Source of the DNA: Macrostomum lignano
Lineage: Eukaryota
Reading direction: 5' to 3'
DNA length: 64,000 nt
NCBI GenBank assembly: GCA_002269645.1
Contig: NIVC01001680.1
Span: 62,001 to 126,000, forward strand
This document shows, piece after piece, positions 49,501 to 64,000 of the stretch. Within the stretch, counting starts at the first letter, position 1, and every line of letters begins with the position of its first letter. The notes beneath the pieces are model-generated. The model was not told the DNA's origin. It did no database searches and was given only the letters and a program-made list of their open reading frames with translations. A program made the position numbers and the translations under genes.

Positions 49501-52500
49501 TCCAGTGTACACCCAATCCCAGCCTCCACTGTACACCCAATCCCAGCTTCCAGTCTACACCCAATCCCAGCTTCCAGTGTACATCCAATCTTAGCCTCCA
49601 CTTGTACACCCAATCCCAGACTCCACTGTACACCCAATCCCAGCCTCCACTGTACACCCAATCTCAGCTTCCAGTGTACACCCAATCCCAGCTTCCAGTG
49701 TACATCCAATCTTAGCCTCCACTTGTACACCCAATCCCAGACTCCACTGTACACCCAATCCCAGCCTCCACTGTACACCCAATCTCAGCTTCCAGTGTAC
49801 ACCCAATCCCAGCTTCCAGTGTACACCCAATCCCAGCTTCCAGTGTACACCCAATCCCAGCTTCCAGTGTACACCCAATCCCAGCTTTCAGTGTACACAC
49901 AATCCCAGCTTCCAGTGTACACCCAATCCCAGCTTCCAGTGTACACCCAATCCCAGCTTCCAGTGTACACCCAATCCCAGCTTCCAGTGTACACCCAATC
50001 CCAGCTTCCAGTGTACACCCAATCCCAGCTTCCAGTGTACACCCAATCCCAGCTTCCAGTGTACACCCAATCCCAGCTTCCAGTGTACACCCAATCCCAG
50101 CCTGCACTGTAGGCCAAATCCCACCTACCCGCCCCGCAGCTGAAGGACTTCCTGAAGTCCAGCATGCTGGCGCAGCTGTACGGCGGCTACGATCAGAACC
50201 AACTGATGGAGGAGTCGCCCGAGGAGGCGCAGCGCCGCGAGGAGACGCTGCGCATCTACAAGGCCACCAAGGAGGCGCTGAAGATCCTCAGTGACGTCTC
50301 GGCCAACACCACGCACACGCCGACTCCGCCGCCTGTGAAGGATGACTGGATCCAGCCGGACTCGATGCCCGCCCCGCAGCCTCCGACTCACGGCCGGCGA
50401 ACCCCTGTTGGCGGCGGCCCGCCGTCTCAGCCGCCTCCTGTAGCCGGCCGGCCCGCCGTGCCCTCGCGACCTGCGCCCTCTGTACCGCGCCCTGGAGGCG
50501 CCGGGGCTCCCGGCGGTCAGCTGCCTCCGCCAATGGTGCCACAGTAAGTGCCCAGGCCTCTGGTGTCTTGGGGGTTTGCGATTTCCTGCATCCCCTATAT
50601 TGATTGAATAGGCGATCCATGTGTTGCTTTTCTGTAGCTCGATTTGTTGCGCTTCGATTTTAGCTATTCGATTGGGCGCCAAACTGTGTTTAAAAATTCA
50701 ATGTAATTTCACTCTACAGTATTAGGACTCAGAAGCGCATATAATAAAGCGTTAAGGCACGCCAAACAGGGTGTCTGAGTAGCGCCAAACAGGGTGTCTA
50801 AGTTGTGCCAGACAGGGTGTCTAAGTTGCGCGAAACTGGGTGTTTAAATGGCGCCAGACAGGGTGTCTAAGTAGCGCCAGACAGGGTGTCTAAGTTGCGC
50901 CAAACTGGGTGTTTAAATGGCGCCAGACAGGGTGTCTAAGTAGCGCCAGACAGGGTGTCTAAGTTGCGCGAAACTGGGTGTTTAAATGGCGCCAGACAGG
51001 GTGTCTAAGTAGCGCCAAACAGGGTGTCTAATTAGCGCCAAACAGGGTGTCTGAGTAGCGCCAAACAGGGTGTCTAAGTAGCGCCAGACAGGGTGTCTAA
51101 GTTGCGCGAAACTGGGTGTTTAAATGGCGCCAGACAGGGTGTCTAAGTAGCGCCAAACAGGGTGTCTAATTAGCGCCAAACAGGGTGTCTAAATTGCGCC
51201 AAACAGGGTGTCTAAGTTGTGCCAAACAGGGTGTCTGAGTAGCGCCAAACAGGGTGTCTGAGTAGTGCCAAACAGGGTGTCTAAGTTGCGCCAAACAGGG
51301 TGTCTAATTAGCGCCAAACAGGGTGTCTAAGTAGCGCCAGACAGGGTGTCTAAGTTGCGCCAGACAGGGTGTCTAAGTTGCGCCAAACTGGGTGTTTTTA
51401 AACCGCTAAACAGGGTGTGTTAACTAGCGCCAAACAGGGTGTCTAATTAGCGCCAGACAGGGTGTTTAAATGGCGCCAAATATGGGAGTCCAAAAAGCGC
51501 CATATCGGATGTCTAAATAGCGTCAAACAGGGTGCCTAAATGGCGTCAAATAGGGCTGTTTAAATAGCGCCAAATAGGGGTGTTTAAACAGCACCAAAAG
51601 GGTGGTAAATGGCACCAAAAGGGTGGTAAATGGCACCAAAAGGGTGGTAAATGGCACCAAAAGGGTGGTAAATGGCACCAAAAGGGTGATAAATGGCACC
51701 AAAAGGGTGGTAAATGGCACCAAAAGGGTGGTAAATGGCACCAAAAGGGTGGTAAATGGCACCAAAAGGGTGGTAAATGGCACCCAAAGGGTGATAAATG
51801 GCACCAAAAGGGTGATAAATGGCACCAAAAGGGTGGTAAATGGCACCAAAAGGGTGATAAATGGCACCAAAAGGGTGGTAAATGGCACCAAAAGGGTGAT
51901 AAATGGCACCAAAAGGGTGGTAAATGGCGCCAAAAGGGTGATAAATGGCACCAAAAGGGTGGTAAATGGCACCAAAAGGGTGATAAATGGCACCAAAAGG
52001 GTGGTAAATGGCACCAAAAGGGTGATAAATGGCACCAAAAGGATGATAAATGGCACCAAAAGGGTGGTAAATGGCGCCAAACATTGGAGTCCAAAAAGCG
52101 CCAAATAGGGGTGTTTAAACAGCACCAAAAGGGTGGTAAATGGCACCAAAAGAGTGGTAAATGGCACCAAAAGGGTGATAAATGGCACCAAAAGGGTGGT
52201 AAATGGCGCCAAAAGGGTGATAAATGGCACCAAAAGGGTGGTAAATGGCGCCAAAAGGGTGGTAAATGGCACCAAAAGGGTGATAAATGGCACCAAAAGG
52301 GTGATAAATGGCACCAAAAGGGTGGTAAATGGCGCCAAACATGGGAGTCCAAAAAGCGCCAAATAAAACGCCCAGAAGCGCGCCGAAAGAAGAATCAATA
52401 AAGTATGCATAAAAAACCGAAATAGGCGGTCTCCACTTGCATGGACTCGCTTGCATTCTTTACCTACCAACCCCATCAGACATCGGTCAAAATCGCCAGC

Positions 52501-55089
52501 TCCTGAGTAAGTTGAACTGTTCTGTGGTCGCTTCCCGTTCTGTCTGTCCCGTCTGCTGTGTCCGTGCTTTGAGTGCTGCTTTGAAAACCGTTGCACTCGC
52601 TTCGTCTACTGTCAGTAGCATCACAGTTCGGGATTTTATTGTTTAGAGCCAATAAAATTTTACTTGCCAATCGTACTGGCCTCAAAGGCGCACTCGCTCG
52701 CACTGAACTCTTTGAACACGCGCTTGTGTAGGAAGCCGCTGGGCCAGCGGTCTGTTTCCACTGGCGCTTTTGGCTTTGAAGCCGCAGCCGCCGCTTCGGT
52801 GGCCGCGTCCTACCAGGCTGCCCAGCCGTTTTCAAAGCAGTAAGACTGCCGTATTGGACCGCCTGCACCACCGCAATCCCTGCTGGATTGGATCTGGACT
52901 CGGATAAATCATCTGTCTGTGTCATCTGTGCTTTATCGGTCTTGGATTTTTATATTTATAAAACTTTCAAGTTAAGATGATTATGATAAAATTCTTTACC
53001 AGACAAATACGAATATTATTGCAGAGTTTAGATTGGCATTTTTTGTGTTCCTAAATTGGCTCTGCGCGGCAATACAATTGCCAACGAATCTTTCATCCGG
53101 ACTGTCAAACTCCCCTTTCATCCCGGGAGCTCGCCAATTCGTCTCTCGGGCAGGACAAACTTTTTGGGGTCGGGATCTCGGGACAGCTCGGGACGGGATC
53201 TCGGGACAGCTCGGGGCAACTCGGGATCTCAGGACAGCTCAGGATCTCAGGACAACTCGAGATCTCAGGACAACTCGGGATCTCAGGACAGCTCGGGACA
53301 ACTCGGGATCTCAGGACAGCTCGGGACAACTCATGATCTTGGGACAGCTCCGGACGGGATCTCGGTACTTGATTTGGCCATAGTCACAATCCAGCATCCA
53401 TAATTACAGACTATTACTCCATTAGTCTACAAACAGCCTACAGACACTGTGAACCACAGGCTCAGAAGAGATATCTTATCTGCACAGCTGTTTAGCAATT
53501 TTTATTATTGCTTGAGAACAATCTTCGGCTTTCGATTCTTCAAAGATTTGTTTCTTTTTCGCCATCTCGGGCAATAATTTGGAAGCTTGCATACTACCTA
53601 AATAGTCACATTATCAAAATCTTCTCGCTCAACCATTCAAGATTTCCATGTCAGAATTCTGGATTGGGGATGGAATCCCATTCTAGCACTGCCCCGAATC
53701 CCTCTGAAGTCGCATCTGGCACTCAGCTAAGCCTTTTGCTCTCTATTTAACCGACTGATCTATGCGCTGAAACTGCTTCAACTGGATACACGCTACCTAC
53801 TACTGCCTGCTTTTCTTCAGCAGTAGTACAATACGCTTATTAGACGTATTTTTGCTATTTGTTCAATTTCCGTCACCGATTGTAGGCGAGCTGTGAATGA
53901 CAGCCACGGCCTGCCGCCGCCCCTGCTGCCTGCGTGAGTAGCGAGCCGCTGGGCCCCTCGCTTCCCTCATCGGCTTTTAATCCTCGCTCATTTTTATTTG
54001 CCTGGGTGGAATTCTGTTGCTTGATCGCATGCTCCTTTTTGCTTTACAAGCAGTCAGATTTAATTGCCAATATTTCCTTAAGTATTATTTTTATTTTAAA
54101 GTATACTTTTCACTGCATACAAACATAAAATTTTGTCTGTCTTGCATGCTCGTGTGAAAATATTTTGGCAAATATACTCACCCACTCATTACGGCTGTTG
54201 TGCCACCCTCCCAGATCCTCAGTTGCTGGGCCAGCCTCCCACATCCTCAGTTGCTGTACCAGCCTCCCACATCCTCAGTTGCTGAGGCCAGCCTCCCAGA
54301 TCCTCAGTTGCTGAGGCCAGCCTCCCAGATCCTCAGTTGCTGAGGCCAGCCTCCCAGATCCTCAGTTGCTGGGCCAGCCTCCCAGATCCTCAGTTGCTGG
54401 GCCAGCCTCCCAGATCCTCAGTTGCTGGGCCAGCCTCCCACATCATCAGTTGCTGTACCAGCCTCCCAGATCCTCAGTTGCTGTACCAGCCTCCCAGATC
54501 CTCAGTTGCTGAGGCCAGCCTCCCAGATCCTCAGTTGCTGAGGCCAGCCTCCCAGATCCTCAGTTGCTGAGGCCAGCCTCCCAGATCCCCAGTTGCTGAG
54601 GCCAGCCTCCCAGATCCTCAGTTGCTGGGCCAGCCTCCCAGATCCTCAGTTGCTGTACCAGCCTCCCAGATCCCCAGTTGCTTAGGCCAGCCTCCCAGAT
54701 CCTCAGTTGCTTAGGCCAGCCTCCCAGATCCTCAGTTGCTGGGCCAGCCTCCCAGATCCTCAGTTGCTGAGGCCAGCCTCCCAGATCCTCAGTTGCTAGG
54801 CCAGCCTCCCAGATCCCCAGTTGCTGGGCCACCGCCGCCCTCCCCTGCCCAGGGTGCCAGACCCAGCACCAGGATCAGTATTGCATGTTCGTGTTGTTGC
54901 AAAGCCAAAAAGCGGCACATTTCTCATACTAGAATTTGAGCTATCGTATACAAGGATTCGACTCTGCTTGTCTAGAAAGCTCGCATAGAAACTATCAGCT
55001 GTTCGGCAGCCGACCACCCCCCCGCACCGTCCCGCAGGCGGCCAACATCCGGCACTCCGCCCATTCCGTCCAGGCCGAACATGGGCTAA
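34551..55089 (+). CDS. DNM1/shi: Classical dynamin (GTPase-middle-PH-GED-PRD), complete multi-exon gene
   Basis: Frame-consistent GT-AG exons: 34551-34729, 37292-37365, 38458-38801, 38902-39055, 39542-39803, 40257-40389, 43237-43304, 44932-45228, 45312-45360, 46032-46145, 47308-47420, 47535-47661, [48583-48750 or] 48901-49047, 50140-50543, [52480-52506], [52732-52839], 53886-53933, and a last exon ~54999-55089. Motifs: G1 [42 protein letters not shown] (VIRKGYL…WFVLT), [13 protein letters not shown], and PRD ending [10 protein letters not shown]. Confidence 0.96.
35922..36762. repeat. 150-bp tandem repeat (~5.6 units) in dynamin intron 1
   Basis: agtctttcttgtctaagatg recurs at 36061, 36211, 36361, 36511 and 36661. 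Confidence 0.95.
37520..38450. repeat. 30-bp intronic minisatellite (ccttccctgaccccaccaccatcttcaaga)
   Basis: About 30 units ending at the exon-3 acceptor. Confidence 0.95.
39062..39478. repeat. 23-bp intronic minisatellite (actgctcagactctactccactg)
   Basis: Begins immediately after the donor gtgag. Confidence 0.95.
39880..40205. repeat. ~44-bp intronic minisatellite
   Basis: tttccatcgagctgatgcactcattccaataggaagtgtgggga units. Confidence 0.9.
40615..41487. repeat. 26-bp intronic minisatellite (gagccagaatagaagcagagggcact)
   Basis: Direct reading. Confidence 0.95.
41940..43005. repeat. 24/20-bp composite intronic minisatellite (gggcagacactgagacagacaatt)
   Basis: Direct reading. Confidence 0.95.
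43445..44895. repeat. 21-bp intronic minisatellite (cccatttcccatgttgagaat)
   Basis: About 69 units filling most of the intron. Confidence 0.95.
46160..47290. repeat. Composite intronic minisatellite (gacccactgattcttcaat / gacccactgactccttccct)
   Basis: Fills the PH-domain intron from donor to acceptor. Confidence 0.95.
47980..48570. repeat. 49-bp intronic minisatellite
   Basis: gctatgattggctattgctctcactcactggttgcactgagaatgctca, about 12 units, ending at the acceptor of the duplicated GED exon. Confidence 0.95.
48583..48750 (+). CDS. Candidate alternative (duplicated, divergent) dynamin GED exon
   Basis: cagcag| acceptor (NAGNAG) and |gtaggg donor, 168 nt, phase 0/0. Encodes …[37 protein letters not shown], paralogous to exon 48901-49047. 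Confidence 0.7.
49330..50105. repeat. 24-bp intronic minisatellite (gtgtacacccaatcccagcttcca)
   Basis: Direct reading. Confidence 0.95.
50755..52345. repeat. Two adjacent ~21-bp intronic minisatellites (gcgccaaacagggtgtctaag; aaagggtggtaaatggcacca)
   Basis: Direct reading. The spacer ggagtccaaaaagcgcc recurs at ~51485, ~52087 and ~52344. Confidence 0.93.
52480..52506 (+). CDS. Candidate 27-nt dynamin PRD microexon (HRSKSPAP)
   Basis: ccccatcag| acceptor, consensus |gtaagt donor, phase 2/2, frame-neutral. Confidence 0.6.
   Translation, partial: TSVKIASS
52732..52839 (+). CDS. Candidate 108-nt dynamin PRD cassette exon ([35 protein letters not shown])
   Basis: ttgtgtag| acceptor, |gtaaga donor, phase 2/2, open frame. 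Confidence 0.55.
53170..53365. repeat. ~18-bp intronic minisatellite (tcgggatctcaggacagc)
   Basis: Direct reading. Confidence 0.85.
54205..54825. repeat. ~29-bp intronic minisatellite (gaggccagcctcccagatcctcagttgct)
   Basis: Direct reading. Confidence 0.93.
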
Positions 55090-57532
55090 TTGTTTCTGGG
55101 CGCCTAGCAACCGATCAAGGCCTTCCTTGATTACGGGTTTCGAACATTGAAGATTTGCTTAACATAAATGATCACTTTATTGCTTATATCTACGAGCTAT
55201 TTAAAGTAATCAGAGCTGTAAACTGAAGCTGCGGCTAGTTGAAAGTATTCATTAATTCTGCTGCCAGCCTGCTGATTGTGAGCTTCTGTGTGATAATTCG
55301 ATCAAATAATTATTACTCAGCTCCCCATTTTTCAGGTTTACTATTTGTTTTGCAGAAACCAATTCTCCAATTCTGTTCAATTTGCTATCTGCGATTCAAG
55401 CAATTTATTAGATTTTCTGTTGCTAACTGAAATGCGACTTATTGAGCGTCACAATCACTTCGATTTTCGTTTGCCAATCTGTCACCATAGTAACCTGCGT
55501 ACACCTGTCGTTGTAGCCTGAGTACTCAACATAAATAACTTTATCTACTGATATTAGCAACCACCTTGATGTTAATAATTTGATGCTTACCTTGGCGCTG
55601 CCCACAAACCATTTTGCCTACGAGTTATTACGATTTGTTAGTCTTATGTTCAAGTCAGTCATTGAATTCTTTATTAAAAGTCAATTCATATATTGTACTG
55701 CAATCACTTTCTCGGTCAGTCGGTAATTAGTTTAAAAAACGTAAAAGAATGAAGCATAAGAATAGAAAATCTGTTAACATTCTGCTAGTACTACTTATTC
55801 CATGAGTAAGCGTAAGCGACAAGGCCAGGTGCATCTAGGAATTTAGGTCATTTTTGTTGACTACACATCGCGCTGTGTTGGCCCGCAATATTGATCGTTT
55901 TTTTATTCTCATGTAGGTTATTGAGTTGTTATTCTAATATGCTATCCGCTGACTGCCAGTTGTAAAAGTTGTCACCAATAACCCAAGTATACTTGTAGTA
56001 CGCAGGTGGCAATTGACTGATGCATGTAACTCCACTCGATTCCTGTAATGCACTGTGGCTAATTTAGTCGCATTTTCAATCAGTTTTGCAGTAGCCTGGA
56101 ACCCGAGACCTGCGCCATGCAGGCTTGCATATTCCATCCTAAATTCAATCGGTTCCTCATTGTAAAATGCTTAAAGATGTTCGATACTGGTGGATCCCGC
56201 TGCTTAATTAATTCATTTCGATTCCAATTGTCTGCAGGTGAAGAATGTCTGGCCAATTCTGATTATATTAGTACCGGCTATTATTATTCGGCGCCAACCG
56301 TACTTGTCTACCGTGTATTATTCCATGATATATACTTAATAATTGATACTAAATGGCTTTTCACGCTTTCGTTGTCTGCATAAATCAATCAACTCTGCGC
56401 TTTAGCTGGGCACAATGGATCTCCACTGTCGATTATAATTTGCACTAATATCACCTGTAACTCGATTCCTTGACCAACTTTCCCATTCCCTGCCCATTGA
56501 GTTTCAAGCCTGACCATCGTCAGAGAGCGCACAGTTTTCCCCAAAGTTTGTTGTTTCTACGAACGGCTAAAAATAATAGCGGATCGATCTGCGCGTGAAT
56601 GCGTACTTCTATATCTTATTTACACGCATATACACATTTATGACATGATAATTATATTAATAAATTGATTTTTCTTGCGCGCTACTTTTGCGCTTTCGTC
56701 GTGCGGTTTATTTATTTGGCGCATAAGTTCTCTCTCTCAGTTGATGCAGTTTTGAAGCTTTTTTGATATTTTGCGCATCAGCGCGGGGTGTGTAGTTTTC
56801 TTGTCCCTTTCATATAGCTTATACATCACATGTACGAGTACATGTAGTAGTTTCTTAGTAGCGGTTCTAGGGTTTTGTAGAATAGCTTTGTTTATTGTAT
56901 GTTACAAGTTGCAGATTAAAGTACTCGTGCTTTGTTTCAATGCACAATTACATGTATATCCGGGCGATAATGCAATTCAGGATCCAGGTCCAAAAAATTA
57001 CTAAAAAAATAAATCTTTCGCCATATTCTTGATTTAAAATGACAATCGGTTTGCAGCTTAAATAAGCAAAAAACAACTTCAAAAAAGGCTAAAAGCCAAC
57101 TACTACGTGCAATAGTTTGTTAGCTTTGATCAGGATCAATAACTCAGGACCACCGTAGTATAGTGTAGTATAACATGGTGGTCCTTGAGTTAACTACTGA
57201 AGAAATCTAGGAATGTATTTTCCTCATTAATGTGGATTGTCGTGGAGGTGAGTCAAAATTGTTGTCTTTGATCGTTAATAAGCAAGAAAAGATAATTAGG
57301 TCTAATCTAAAATTAAAATATAACAGATAATTTTTTACTTTTTTCTAAAATAAAATGCTTTGAAGATGCCAATAAAATAAATTAAACATTTATTTTGTTA
57401 AAGTCTACCAAAGATAAGAAAATTCAAAGCTTAAGTCTCTTTCGTCATAACTTTTTGTCACTACTGTTTTACTAATACTAGCTTGACACAAAAATTATAT
57501 TACAGTATCATTTATCCTGTGGTGTATTCAAA

Positions 57533-62990
<5,458 letters not shown>

Positions 62991-63351
62991 TAGCACAGGG
63001 AACAACCAGACTTCTCTGTCGCAATAAGTTTCAGGCCTTTCAGCTTCATGTGCAACATCTGAGGCTCTGAAGTTGATGTGTTGACAGTTTAGTGCAAAAA
63101 TTAAAACTTCCACTCTCATAGATATTTTATTAGTTAAACAAGTGCTGCATCCTGAGACTGCGGTAACTTGTGTGACTTCTAGTTGGCCCTTCGCCCTTGT
63201 TTTAGTGCCTTGTTTAGAAGCATTTGATCCCTCAGTATCGCTGACTTCCGATAGTAATTGTTGAATCGCGAATTTCATTTACCCGCGCTTCTGCTTTCGT
63301 GTTAATTAAACAAGTAATTTTTTCAGTGGGACTGTTCATCTTGGCAACGAA

Positions 63352-64000
63352 TCCACATAGCAACTGTATAGCTTTCTTAGAAACCGGCAGCCAATGGGCA
63401 GAAGTCCACATAGCAACTGTATAGCTTTCTTAGAAACCGGCAGCCAATGGGCAGAAGTCCACATAGCAACTGTATAGATTTCTTAGAAACCGGCAGCCAA
63501 TGAGCAGAAGTCCACATAGCAACTGTATAGATTTCTTAGAAACCGGCAGCCAATGGGCAGAAGTCCACATAGCAACTGTATAGCTTTCTTAGAAACCGGC
63601 AGCCAATGAGCAGAAGTCCACATAGAAACTGTATAGCTTTCTTAGAAACCGGCAGCCAATGAGCAGAAGTCCACATAGAAACTGTATAGCTTTCTTAGAA
63701 ACCGGCAGCCAATGAGCAGAAGTCCACATAGAAACTGTATAGCTTTCTTAGAAACCGGCAGCCAATGAGCAGAAGTCCACATAGAAACTGTATAGCTTTC
63801 TTAGAAACCGGCAGCCAATGAGCAGAAGTCCACATAGCAACTGTATAGATTTCTTAGAAACCGGCAGCCAATGGGCAGAAGTCCACATAGCAACTGTATA
63901 GCTTTCTTAGAAACCGGCAGCCAATGAGCAGAAGTCCACATAGAAACTGTATAGCTTTCTTAGAAACCGGCAGCCAATGAGCAGAAGTCCACATAGAAAC
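63352..64000. repeat. 53-bp intronic minisatellite, runs off the window end
   Basis: agaagtccacatagcaactgtatagctttcttagaaaccggcagccaatgggc, about 12 units. Confidence 0.95.

Noticed and set aside
49261-52596. Repeat ORFs ([21 protein letters not shown])
   Set aside because: Same artefact: 24- and 21-bp intronic arrays.
53032-53160. Additional dynamin PRD exon (…[17 protein letters not shown]…)
   Set aside because: An in-phase acceptor exists, but I found no credible phase-2 donor, and the frame runs into a minisatellite.

Overview
Eukaryotic, intron-containing, repeat-rich animal DNA. Nothing here looks prokaryotic: there is no CRISPR array, rRNA or tRNA. GC-rich exons inside minisatellite-filled introns resemble the flatworm Macrostomum lignano, but that assignment is inference only. 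The left half (1-31.6 kb) is an accessory, duplicated region. It holds two divergently oriented spliced orphan ORFs and three intronless paralogues of a membrane-anchored FkbM/Methyltransf_21 methyltransferase; one paralogue is interrupted by a TG...CA solo LTR with a 4-bp TSD. It also holds several copies of a shared downstream module, a 1574-bp THAP-bearing P-superfamily-like element (41-bp perfect TIRs, 7-bp TSD), RTE-like LINE remnants, nested MITEs, and large 62-bp and 16-bp tandem arrays. The right half is conserved housekeeping sequence: a complete classical dynamin gene (34551-55089, +) and the 5' part of mitochondrial HSP70/mortalin (57533 to beyond the window, +). The dynamin model has a duplicated, divergent GED exon (candidate mutually exclusive pair) and three frame-neutral cassette exons in the proline-rich tail. 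All exon models and alignments were made by eye from splice consensus and frame continuity; none has been tested against RNA data.
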